A DNA stretch of 64,000 nt from Mytilus californianus (taxonomy: Eukaryota): contig NW_026262581.1 in NCBI RefSeq assembly GCF_021869535.1, positions 54,746,001 through 54,810,000 of the forward strand, read 5' to 3'. Below the pieces are notes generated by a model. It did no database searches. It saw only the letters and a list, made by a program, of their open reading frames with translations, and had not been told where the DNA came from. Made by a program: the position numbers and the translations under genes. Shown here one piece after another: positions 38,802 through 51,400 of this stretch (position 1 is its first letter; every line of letters begins with the position of its first letter).

Positions 38802-39003
38802 GTCTGTTGCAAGGCTAAATTTCTTTCCCTATCCAATATACCCTCATTTTCCCGTGGTAGTCCAAATTTTCCCGACCTGCAACCCAGTTGACCTGTATTA
38901 CATGACCTACCTATTGTATTTATTGTGAATTTGTTCTCGTCCAGAACATGCATGAAATATTTGCCACTGGACGTTAAGCAACCAACAATCAATCAATCAA
39001 TCA
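38802..39003 (+). mobile_element. SINE-like retroposon, 3' half
   Basis: Ends atatttgccactggacgttaagcaaccaacaatcaatcaatcaatc. Confidence 0.85.
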
Positions 39004-39194
39004 TTCGTTGTGTGTAAACATATAGAAATTTGTAGTTTCTTGGTCAGGTCATAAACGTATAATGGGGTTTCTATTAACCAGGTAATGGTTGTATGTTGAA
39101 CGATCCAGAGGTGGGCTCTATTTGGTCAAGGTTTTGGAACTAATAGAATTGTCAAAGGTTCCGTGAGCTGTGGACTGCTAGAATCATCTGCTTC

Positions 39195-41130
39195 ATCAAT
39201 CGTTAAAGACTAAATTGTTGCAAAACACTTGTCCTACCTCCTTGAAAAATATTTTGTTGTCCCCGCAGTTAAAGCCCCTAACAACATCTTGTTTGTGTGT
39301 AAATCACATTACATAAACTGCTTGATAAATGAATTAGGTATTGACAATTCACTTGGAAACTCAACATATACCCCCACGACACTATCGAAATCCTGGATAA
39401 TCATAGGTCTGTTCTCTGTTCATTAGGAATCTCAACCAAAGATGAAGAACTGGATCTTCCATCACTGTATTGGATACCTAACCTACATAAGTGTCCTTAA
39501 AAACAACGTTATATTGCTGGGTCTTCCCAAGTGCTCCACAAAACCTTTTTAAATAGTTAACATCAATTTTATCAGCAATCAAAGCCGGGCTTCAAAGTTA
39601 TTGTGAAAACTACCCATTCCACAGGTGGCGTGAATCAGATGTGGATACTTAAAAAAATTCCAAAGATCTTTTAGAGTACATACAATCTAAGACTTTTTCA
39701 TCATGCAGTAGTATTAAACATTTGTCTTTTCATCTTCATTTTTTTTTCCACCTTCAAATATTTTTTTGCACTAATAGTTGTGAACAATGTCCCTTAGCGC
39801 TACAATAATGACGCTAAGGTTCCTCCCTGTCTTGTTAGTTACTAATGAAACCAGGGGATTCAAAATCATCATACATTTATAATATTCTGTGATAGTTGCA
39901 TTTTACAAAATATTTCTACGAGCACACATATATATATATACATATTTGACTTTTCTACACAAGTATTCCCCATTTCATACTAAAAGACAAATTAAAAGAT
40001 TTGGTCCTGCTTTGTTTCATATAAAAGAATGGCCACCGTAGATACAAGTATCTTGTCTTAGGGAGGGATAAAACCTACTTTGTAAAAATTACTCTGATAT
40101 TCAAACAAAAAATTCTCTGAAACAACTGACATGATCAAGACGCATGAATTCTTGATATTTGTTACGTTTGGAGGACGTGTTTTTCAACAAACAATCTGCA
40201 TTCCCATGGGAACCAACTGTGCCTCTCTTCTTGCCGACTTGTTTCTTTATTCATATGAGGCTGAATTTAAACAGCAACTTCATTTTATTTCAAAATTTGG
40301 TGACTATGTTGAACCCATCTACCCTATTGAACTTGAGATAAAGTATACAACAGATAAAGTTAAGTCTGCCTCATATCTTGACTCACATCCAGAAATTGAC
40401 CATAAGGGTCGGTTGAAAACAATACTTTACGACAAAAGAGATGAATTTAGCTTCCCAATTGTGAACTTTCCATTTCTAGGTAGCAACATTCCAGCAGTGC
40501 CTACATACGGAGTATATATCTCCCAGCTTTACGACAAAAGAGATTATTTCAGCTTCCCAATTGTGAACTTTCCATTTCTATGTAGCAACATTCCAGCAGC
40601 GCCTGCATACGGAGTATATATCTCTAAGTTGATAAGATATTCTAGGGCTTGTATTTCCTATCATGATTTCCTTTATAGAGGGTATCTGCTCACAAGGTAG
40701 CTATTAAACCAAGAGTTTCAAGTGGTGAAGTTGAAATCATCCCTTCCAAAATTTTACGGACGCAATCACGAGTTGGTTGACCGTTATAGAATATCCGTTT
40801 TACAGATAATAGCGGATATATGTTCCAATTGTCGTAACTACAATCCAGTCCCCTTTACCTCAAATGTAACCTACTGAATTAAGACTTATTACCGGGTTTG
40901 TACTAACATGAGCAACACAACGGGTGTCACATGTGGAGCAGGATCTGCTCACCCTTCCGGAGCACCCAGTTTTTGGTGGGGTTGGTGTTGCCCAGTCTTC
41001 AGTTTTCTATGTTGTGTTTTGTGTACTTTTGTTTGTCTGTTGGATTTTTTCTTTTTTAGCCATGGCGTTGTCAATTTATTTTCGACTTGTAAGTTTGAAT
41101 GTCCCTTTGGTATTTTTCGCCTCTCTTCTA
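39195..41130 (+). mobile_element. Decayed Penelope-like element RT region plus 3' tail
   Basis: Reads VVPAVKAPNNILFVCKSHYINCLINELG, LPSLYWIP, GGRVFQQTICIPMGTNCASLLADLFLYSYE, YDKRD.FSFPIVNFPFL.SNIPA.P.YGVYIS and LIRYSRAC. There is an unrelated insert at ~39730-39945. Confidence 0.85.
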
Positions 41131-42699
41131 CCTCCGTATTTAAATACGGAAATGCGCGGACACAGAAAGCTTGTCCGTAACTTAAGGACTTAGTATGTCT
41201 GTCAAACTAACGTAGTGATTGGTTGTAAAGATACATATACATAGTACGGGGTTATGGAAAATGGCGCAAATGCAAATAGAAATGTACAACTGACAAGGTG
41301 GAAGGAAGATATGGGTTTATCAACAATAACCCTTAGGGAAAACAGTTTTTTGTTACAATATAGACCCTTATCGAAAATTCAGCAAACGATAGATAGGTCA
41401 CACTAAATCAGGGATTATTTCAAGGTAGCCCTTCTGGTCAAAAAGAGAAAAAGAACCCTGTTCTAGCTAAATATCCCTTAAAGAATAATATACATTCAAA
41501 TTCAATAGCATGCGGTCGCGCTACCGGAAATAGAAAAAGTTCATGTTCACAGTCCTTTCGTTCATACAAGTGCAGCTCAGAGTAGCGGAATGCGAAAGTG
41601 AAAGTAGAAATTAAGCAACAAAAGAAAAGAATGAAACATCAGACATAACTCTTACTCTAAATCATAACACTCCCCAACCTATGGGGAAAAAGGTACGTCC
41701 TTGAACTAAAAAAACGTAGGATACATACCTACCAAGAACTTATCTACTTTACTATTAATAAATCCTTGTTCCAATGTTGGTGTTGATTCATATGAAGTCC
41801 ATATTTCCAATACGGGATCTTGATATCGCGATGGGGCCATACATACTTCCTAGGGTCGGAACAGGTTTATCGTTATGTTGAACAGGTTTAAATCTGGCTC
41901 AATATCCTAATGGACCTTGAGATGCGGAATTACGTAATTAAATAAAAATATCAGTCCGCCATACAACTGTGGATGCTGTGAATTTAAAATTGGAAATAAT
42001 TGTACGATCAAAAGTGTTTTATGGAGAAAAGAAATATGTAGATTTTACCTTAAATAAATGATTAGAAATGACAATATTCAGAATTTTGGGATTATTTTAT
42101 AGAGGAGTGACATTTTTTCACATTCATTCGGGGTCAGGCAATTTGTAGGAAAACTAATCTAACTTGCCAACCCGAAAAATTTACCCAGACATGTATAAAT
42201 GTCTCAGATTCGATATGAGTCATAATACGTATTCAATATGGACTGAGCAACAGAAGAAAATGTTACCATTATCGCCTATGGGAAATGTATTGGGCATCTT
42301 GACAAAATTGGTAAACTTAATTTCAAAGGTGATGGAGTATTTCGTGGTTCGATGGCCGTAATTTACGATGATAGCTGGTGAAATCAAGGTTATTTTAACT
42401 CTTTTAAGTGTTAATTGAAAACAATACAAAATGCCTTCCAAAAGATTGATTTTTATCTAAAATAGAACAATTATGTGCCTTTTAAAAGTGAGGAAGCAGG
42501 AAATGGGACACGCAGAAGAGAAAAAAAATATTTTAGGGATGATCAAATTTCTCTACCCAAATGAAAAAGAACAAAAGTGAATATAGCACATTTCACAAAA
42601 ATTTTGCAGTCGAAAAATATGTGTAGCTTCAAAATAATGTACCACACGTATTTTGCATGGCTCAACCTATACTTACTGCATGCTGAATCTAAAAAAGCA

Positions 42700-43072
42700 C
42701 CCAAGGGTGACTAGAAAAAAGAAATATGGTCACTACAAGTCTTCTTCTAAATGTGGGGCGTCCGTTTAGCTGTACGGGACGAACAAGTACGCAGCCACGT
42801 CTGGTCAGACTAGGGACTTTAAATCAGAGGGAATGCACGTTAAGAACCCTTGCAAAAACTCATTGTGGGGTCCGTAGGTGGCCTGTTGCAAGGCAAAATT
42901 TCTGTCCCTATCGAAATTACACTCATTTTCCAGTGGCAGTCTAAATTTCCTCGACTTTCATCCCGGACGGCCTCTATTATAGGACCTACCTATTGTATTT
43001 ATTGATAATTTGTTCTCGACTTGTACATGCATTAAGCATTTGCCACTGGACGTTAAGCAATCAACTAATCAA
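42700..43072 (+). mobile_element. SINE-like retroposon copy (older)
   Basis: Starts cccaagggtgact and ends ccactggacgttaagcaatcaactaatcaat. Confidence 0.8.
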
Positions 43073-44049
43073 TGAATCTAAAATTGAGGCTTGTCATATT
43101 TTTAATTTAAGAAATGTGAGTAAACGTACAAGTAGGTCTTGCACTTTTTACCTCCACATCAATCATTTGAGAAAACACGAGTTTTAAACACAGGTAAAAA
43201 AATGAAAATGGGATAAAAGCTTCCCCTCAAAAACACTAAAACAAACATGCTTGCATGATTTTGTAGTTAATAAGCTCAAGGACAAACATTTATGTGTTGT
43301 TTTACCTGTGTTTTATCAATATTTATAGTGCAAGGGAACTTACTCTTGAAGGTTTCATTTCATTGCGTAAAAAAATTGGGACATTCAATCAAATAAAGTA
43401 AACATGCTAAACTAACTAAAGAAAAGTGAAACACAGAGACAAATAAATGAAAAAAATACAGTAATTGTTAGAATTAGACATCAAATGACAATAATTGCAA
43501 ATATGACTTCAGTTACAAAATGTAAATGTTGTAATTTTAATTTCACATAGTTTTATTTTATTTCATTGTTTGTCTTTTCAAATGAATACATGTATTGTGG
43601 ATGGATGGATGCATTGGGAAATTTTGTGTCTGATGCAAGGTTTATTTCAATATCTTGGACCATTATCCCATTTTCATAATTATTCAAATAAAAGAAAGTT
43701 TTTATTATAAAAAAAAACAACTAACTCAAAACATGCACATACAATACACTCTTGGAAAAGTGGGATTTGTTTTAATGATAAGATATATTTATCACTAAAT
43801 AAATGCAGTAGATTCATGAAAGGCTGTAAAAAGCAAATTGGATAACCTTTTAATAAGAATATTAACATGTTCAAAAACTAAACCTGGCTGTAAAACGAAT
43901 TCTTTGTGACTTGCATTCTGACATAGCTTAAGCTTTTTATATCCGTTTTTTGCGAGCCTGTGACCTGTAAAATTTGACTCTCAAACTTTTTTTTATACGT
44001 ACTATCATATATTTCATATTTACGTACTTAAAAAGTATTTCTTTCAGAG

Positions 44050-46060
44050 CCAATACAGCACGAGACTTTTTACCTAAAGCTTTCAAAGTCTTAAACCAAT
44101 GAAACATCACTTTTATTGTTGACTATCAAGACTGCTGCAGATGCACAGCCTATAGCATCGCGTGAAAAATTCTTATTTTTAGTTAGGCAAGTAGAAATTG
44201 TTCTATTACGGACCCGCACTTGTTTATATAGCTGAAAATTTGCATCTTATTCAAAGCAGTCTGAGAGAGTTTCATTTCCAAGAATGATTCTATTAACATT
44301 TTTTTTTCTCTGTCACCATTTTATTAAGAAAGTAAGAATTTCATTATACCGTGTTACCATCACTTTAAATCATTGGCAAAAGCTATTTTAGTATCATTTT
44401 ATTGGCCTTTGTAGCTTCAGGGAACATACCGACACTAAATTTGGCTCTGAGTACTTCTCGGAACTGACTTTCACCCATATGTATAGTATCTGCAAGTCTA
44501 TTTACTGACTATAAGGGATCAATATTTCTTGCATTGCTTCTTGTAAACCTTGTACACTTTTCCATCCCGATCAGTAGTTCAATAATGCACACAAGTAAAT
44601 CAAGTTTGGCAATTGTTTTACCTATTTCATTCCCAAGATCATTCTCATTCAAAGGATTATATACCTATTAGTGTTTGCTGTGGGGTATACATTATCAGAA
44701 CATTCAACCTCACAACCTTTACCGCGTAACCATGCACAAACCAAGCATAGTTTGTTTATTAAGTGAATACCTATGACATCATGATTGTCTGTTTCATTTG
44801 CAAAGGCAATACCAGTTACTTTTGATGCATTTTGTCCCATTTTATGTCTACTTTGTATATAAATACTCTGCTAGGTACCATCCATTTTTAATTTTACAGG
44901 ACTAATTTTATTTAAACCTAAGGTTTGATTTCTCCTAACATTATCAACCACTTGTTATCATTCTTATCAAGTTTTACAAACTTGTCACAACCATTATTTG
45001 TTATTCTCTGCATTGTTGTGTTTGCCATAAGAGGAATACATGAACTAGTCAAAAGTACTCGCGCGCTATCATTACCAATATTAGAGTTCATCACGCCAGT
45101 CTGAAACACGTAGTTAATTGTAGCACTCTTGCAACAAGGACGCCCTTTGTTAATTTCTCTAAGCAGTTTATATTTTTCTGAAATGAATGTACACTTGGCA
45201 TTTCCTAAATCCAACCGAGACCCCATTTAGTTTCTTGTATCAGTTCAAAATGTGGAACATCACAATTTGGACTTTTATTTATATGACAAATTATAAGATT
45301 ATAATCATAAAAAATGTTCAGATCTCTATCTACTGTTATGTTTTCTGTATTTTTCTCCACTAAATATTCATCTAGATAATCATCAGGCAATTTACGGGGT
45401 CGTACATAATATTTCTTATCAAAACTCTTTTGAGTAAAACTTAAACTCCATTTCAGTAAGTCCGGTTAAACAGACAGATACTGTGATGGTTTTAGGTGTC
45501 ACATTTGTAGTTGAATAAGAATATTCAAAATTAGGTGATGCCGGTGCAACTTGCTTTGATAAAGTTTTTAAATCTGTGTAGATTGATTGATTGATTGTTG
45601 GTTGCTTAACGTCCAGTGGCAAATATTTCATGCATATTCAGGACGAGAACAAGTTCACAATAAATACAATAGGTAGGTTCTGTAATAGATTAAGGGATTA
45701 AGGTCGGAGAAATTTAGACTGCCACGGGAAATGAGGGTATATTGGAAAGGGACAGAAATTTAGCCTTGCAACAGGTCACCTACGGACCCCTCAAAGAGTT
45801 GTTGCAAGGGTTCTTAACGTGCAAAGAGCGTGGCACTCTCTTTACACGAGGCATCGGATTTTACGTCCCCATTCTGACCGGACGTGGCTGCAAATTTGTA
45901 CATCCCGCACAGCCAAACGGACGCCCCACTTTAGCACGGGTTTTACTGCCGGTCGGAGGAAGACCAATGGTGACCATACTTCTATTCCCCAGTCACCCTT
46001 GGGGGGAAATCTGTGTAGATGGAGCAACACTATTAATAACACCACAATGTTGATTTGTTG
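44050..46060 (-). pseudogene. Unidentified ~2-kb decayed, apparently intronless coding region
   Basis: Four track ORFs (44649-44840, 44918-45226, 45205-45390, 45419-45631) plus further open stretches join end-to-end with frameshifts and stops. A SINE-like copy interrupts it at 45584-46006. No family recognised. Confidence 0.45.
45584..46006 (-). mobile_element. Young full-length SINE-like retroposon with 14-bp TSD
   Basis: TSD aaatctgtgtagat at 45570-45583 and 46007-46020; (TCAA)n tail. Confidence 0.92.
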
Positions 46061-46883
46061 CTTATGATTCATAACGCAATAGATATGCTTGGTTAGCAAC
46101 CTTATATTGGTTTCTTATCCTTTTTCCTTTCATTTTTCAAAAAATATTCACTCTGTCATGTGTGTAAAATTCTAAGTTATGACATCATAAGGTCATGACG
46201 TCAGGTAGATTTTATGTAAAAAAAAAAAACAAGATTTTCATGATTTATCAACTAAACATGATGATTTCTACAAAGTCAGTAAGGTAATAGAGGTTTATGA
46301 AAGGTTTTAAATGTGATTTGATAACACATGGTTTTTGAGTTTTTTTTTTCCATAAAAAGAGATAAGAGAACAGTAATTAGCATGGTTACTTTAATATATA
46401 AGAAATGAGTATTTTATTTCAGATGAGGATAAAACTTTACAGAATTGTTAGAAAAAAAGGTGTACTAAAGGAATGCATACTGCAACATAAGTGGAATCTG
46501 ACATTAGTTGATCTAATATGGGTCAATATCCCTTATGGACCTTGAGGTGAGAAAATCAGATCACGTATATAAATAAAACTATCAGCACGCCATACAATTG
46601 TGGATGCTTTAATTTTAAAAATTGGCATAAATGTGTTATAAGAACTGCTTTATAAAGCTGATAAGATGAAAAAGGAAATATGTAGATTTGACCTTAAATA
46701 AACGATTAGAAAGGACACATTTTTTAGTGAAATACATGATCAAGGTATTTGTGATTATTTCATGAGGAGATTGACATTTATCACCATCTTTCAGGGTAAA
46801 TTTATGGGAAAACGAATCTCAGTCCAAAAGGTTAACCAGACATGTATAAATGTGTAAGCTTCGGTATGAGTCATCATACATAT

Positions 46884-47405
46884 TGTAACGATTTCGCCCC
46901 TTAAACCGAGTGGATAGGATTAAATAGAATAAGAGGCTTGACCGAACATAATTTGCATGGATCCTTTGAGTTGGTATAATGTTGAAATAATAACTAAGTC
47001 AGGTATAACTTTCAGCTGTACTTTATGTAGCATCTATGAAATCAAATATTTACAATTCATTGACAAACTATATATTTATATCTATATACAACATGTCGTA
47101 ATCATCCAATGTATATGTCAGGAAGGTTGATTGTTTCCGATGGTTGATTCGGTAGAAGGTTGAATTTTTCAACCTTCCGTTACCGATATCATAAAATACT
47201 TATCTTATTTCTTTCTGTTAAAATAAAACTAGATTTCCAGAAAAACTCTCATATTACGATAGAAGATTGACTAAGTGGAACGAAGGTTGACTGGGAATTT
47301 CCCATAGGTTGAAGGTTGACTTATGCAAAACCGACAATAGCCATGTGAAAGCCTTAACGTTAGAAGGTTTAGTTTTCTTACAACATTTAAGACCTGCATA
47401 CCATA
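46884..47405 (-). repeat. 3' LTR of Gypsy copy 1 (inner boundary uncertain, possibly ~47710)
   Basis: Homologous to 54490-55055 and 59390-60198 (gagaataagaggc, gcatggatcctttgagttggtataa, gaaggttgac, ccatgtgaaa blocks). Confidence 0.8.
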
Positions 47406-48258
47406 TGACTGCTCGAGTAAATAGACTATGTCACTGTTAGGATTTAGATGATCACGGCTAAATCACAAGTTATATCAAGAAAATAGGTTAGTTAAAAAGG
47501 TAAACACATTCCAGCATCATTTATTATAAACATACCTGCCAACCAACCGTAAATATTCTGTACCAGGTGAAATTCCATCGTAAAAAATCGATGTGAAAGC
47601 GTTAATAAAACCGCTGATTCATAAAATTACTACAATAAATTACGGACAAATGTGGTTCTAAGCACGAGAGTCATTAATTAAATCATACGATTACTAAATC
47701 ATAATACAGACCCCCGACAACTAGGCGTTTGTCCTCAAATGCACAGAAATTTATCTATACATGTATTAAATTAATCAAGTAATTGATTGGTTGGCTCAAA
47801 TGTTGAAAACAAAATTCAATAAGACAAACTGTCTTACAATGCCAAATTCATCCTATGCACTCTAACTTAAAACTCATCTATTCACATACAAATAAATGGG
47901 TTCATTTCAACAACATTCAACAAGTGTCAAATAACATTATCAATGGATATAAAATCCACAAATATAAGACAAACTTATAAACTACCTTCTACTATATATG
48001 AATAGTGAGCCAATACTGAACAGTAAAACCTGAGAAAAGAAAAGGATAAAATATACTTCATCAGTCATAAAGCCATCATAGGGCTTTTCTAAGGTAATTC
48101 TGTACAGCATTAAGAATATCTATCATCATTAAGCATAGCAAAATATATTAATAACACACAATATATATATACAACATGATCCTGTAAAATAAATTGTCCT
48201 AATAAAGTCCCCCCCCCCCCCCCCCCCCCCCCCACCCCCCCACCCCAAATGTTCATTT

Positions 48259-49430
48259 CTAAATTAAACTAAGTTGTTGGAGATCCAAAATCTTCTTCTC
48301 GACTGTGAATTCCGGTTGTCTCAACTCATAAAAATTGCACTCCACTTGCAACTCACGTCTCTAGGGAGCATGTCAGAATGGATACGGGCCTGATTTCTTA
48401 AGTAGTTAAGTATAAGGGGAAAGTGTTTAGCATCTCTGTCCAAAAAAATAGTTGTGACGTCCATCAAATATATATTGCTTCATTGGAGAGTCGACCTCAA
48501 TCGGATAAAATTGATTCTGGATATGACTGTAGAACTGTTGCAGAGATTTCAAACCTGGTACCACCAATATTTATTATGAACCGGGACTTCTGGCTCTTCT
48601 GAATCTGCTCTAGCTTAAGCTTCTTAACTGGGGTAGGGATATATGTAGCTGCAGGTTAACTTAATGGTGATGGTGAGGTAGCTTCCAGGGTTGGTGAATA
48701 GGTAAGGCAAGGTTCTGTTGAAAGAGGTAGGCATAATGATGTAGACATCACGGGTGACTCTGTTGCAGGGATCTCATTTGAAGAGATGGTTATATCAGCT
48801 GGGAGAGGAGAAATAGATTCCACCACCGCTGTTAGCATCTCGATCTTATAAAAATTTGTTTTCCCCAAAGTCACAGAGGGATACACCCTCAATACTTCCC
48901 ACTGAGGAAGTTTCCAGCTCTTTTAGTAGGTCTGTAAGGACTTCCTTCATTCTTGATCTCCTTCTCTTTTCCTTTACTCTTGTTCTCCTTTCCTCCTCTT
49001 TTTCTCCTTCCTCTTCTCTTTTCTCGCTTTCTTCTCTGGAGTCCTCTATTTCCTCTTTCTTCTCCTCTGGAGCCTTCTTTGGCTCCTTCCTTTTCTTCGG
49101 TTTCTCTTCCCCATATACTATCCTATTCAGCGGATAAAGGGCCTCCAACACCGCCCTAGATGTTGCCGACATCGTGTCCTTGTGCGAATTCCTTCTGTTG
49201 TTTTTCTGTCTCTCTTCTTTTTTCAACTGCGCTACCTTGTCCACCACTAATTTACCATCCCTCTCCTTTTGGAACTTTCTGTATTGCGATTCTTCTTCCT
49301 CGTTTAAAGTCATGGTCAGGCGACTTACCATCCTAAATTTGCTCTCACAGTTCTTATGAGCTTGTTGCCTGCTTACTACCACTTTCCACTCGTCGCAACG
49401 ATAGCCAAAGCCGCTATGTTGGTCCGACAT
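48259..49430 (-). pseudogene. Gypsy accessory ORF (~390 aa reconstructed): putative zinc finger, charged region, S/T/P linker and KCTD/T1-type BTB/POZ domain
   Basis: BTB part (48280-48589) reads KSRFIINIGGTRFEISATVLQSYPESILS..EVDSPMKQYIFDGRHNYF(L)DRDAKHFPLILNYLRNQARIHSDMLPR..RELQVECNFYELR. One premature TAA and several frameshifts. Confidence 0.85.
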
Positions 49431-49739
49431 GTGCCTCTTACAAATAATAGATTGGTCGAAGCTGAAGTCATGGCATATACTACATGCGTATACTGTGACC
49501 TATAATTATGAAAAGGAACATTTCCTTTAAAAATTTTGTGATATAATTTTATCTTAACTGATAAAATATATGATATGAAATATTTCTATAACTGTACTAT
49601 GCTGGGTAGACTATGGATATTTTAGGGTTCAGCTTCCCCTTATAACCCTAATTACTATTTAAACCAATCGGGAACATTTTCTCCAAGATGGGGCTTCAAC
49701 CTGTCTTTGTGCATCACTTTAAGCTTGGTCTTTGGACCT

Positions 49740-51400
49740 TTCTGGGTGCACTACTTTATGCTTGGTTTTTAAACCTTTCTGTATACGATAATTCACATCG
49801 TGAAGTGTATTTATGACAATATATGGACCCTCCAAATTATTTTGTAGTTTTGGACATAACCCCTTTACACGACGAGGATTGTGTAACCACACTGGATCTC
49901 CTGTATCAAATATGTGCATTTTAGTCCCAATGTCATAATTTCTTTTCATCCTGTTGCTTGACAGTTTAAATTTATTTCTTGCAAATTGCTGAATTACCTC
50001 TGACTTTTGAGATAATTCATATGCATAAACAGTTTTTAAATATGAAGGTGACTTTTCAGTCTCTGGTCTCCCCAGAATAAAATCTACTTGTAAATTAACT
50101 TATCTTCTAAATAACATGGAACATGGAGATGTGAAGCGCCAAACTGATACTATAAATTGTTGGCAGATATTATGCAAATATCAATGATAAAAGTCACAGT
50201 ATTAAACTGTTTTGAAAGTCCAAACTTTGTAAAACTAGAAACAAGATTTGTTTAGATAAATAAAAGCAGCTTTATCAAAAGCTAATATCATTAATAATAG
50301 TTATCAATTAATACAAATAAATTGCAATGTATTTTATATAACTTGCAGTGTGTGCAAAAGTACCTGAATAACAAAATACTGTAAACTGTCAAAATCAGCT
50401 GTTCACTCTGGGCTCTAATTTGAAACTGACAACACTTTCTGAAAACGTTTGTTAGACGACGTCACTCAATACACGCTTAAAATAGTACATGTACTCACAA
50501 ATGTGAAAGTAAACCAACGTGGCCTTCTAGTTGACAATTAGGATTTGGGATAATTCTAATTTTATAAAAGGATAAATATGGATTAAATAGGATGCATTAA
50601 TAACGTCTAAATAAGGTAATTATGTTGTAACTATGAAAGATCATTCCGCATAACAAGCAAGTGTGCAAAAGTGAAAATAAGTATGACCTAGTTTCGCAGA
50701 AAATATACGCCAGGAAATACAAATAAAATGAATGAATGAAGGCTATTACTTAAAGAATTACTGTCAATAATTGTGGCACAACAAGATGTACCCAAACTCT
50801 CATGTTCTGATGACCGATAGGCACACCATTAATAAATAAATATCTTCATCCAAATCTCTTTGGTGTTTGCTTAAAAAAACAGATAACATAGTTTCTATAG
50901 TAAAATTTGACTTTTCAACCATACCATCCGATCCAATATTGCACATTTCTTTAATTACACGAGACTCAAAGTTAGACCCTTGGTCTGAGTGAATAGACAG
51001 TGGAATCCCAAAAATGGTAACTATTATTTTTACAAATTTCTTAGCTACTGTAGTTGCTTCAGTGTCTTGAATAGGTATGGCTTCCGTCCATTTGGAAAAA
51101 TAGTCTTGAACTACCATCAAATGGCGATTATTATTTATACTACATGGTAAAGGTCCTAAAATATCAATGGTCATTCTTTCCCAATGAACACCCAAAAGAT
51201 ACTTTTTCATTGGGACCTTGGGGTTTTTTACAAGGTGCTTTCTTAGAAGCTCAAATATCACATTTGGTACACCCAAATTTAACATCTTGTCTCATTGTAT
51301 ACCAAAAATGTCTGTTTAATTTTTTACAGAGTTTTCCTAACACCAAGATGACCACCGGTCACTGTGTTATGAACTTGGTTCAACAGGAACCTTTTAAAAT
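49740..51400 (-). pseudogene. pol: Gypsy integrase (HHCC, core and GPY), split by an insertion at 50133-50783
   Basis: Reads HNTVTGGHLG...CTKCD, WERMTIDILGPLP, QDYFSKWTEAIP, SDQGSNFES, GMVEK and LEGPYIV. Confidence 0.9.

Noticed and set aside
48207-48246. Poly-C tract as the polypurine tract or a G-quadruplex element
   Set aside because: It is not adjacent to the LTR boundary, and the homologous position in copy 2 is only ccaccctc. It looks like a homopolymer expansion.
48856-49159. Plus-strand S/F/L-rich ORFs
   Set aside because: Antisense shadows of the K/E/R-rich part of the accessory ORF.
48259-49430. Accessory ORF as an envelope (env) gene
   Set aside because: No signal peptide, transmembrane helix or furin/fusion pattern. 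It is highly charged and ends in a BTB-like domain.
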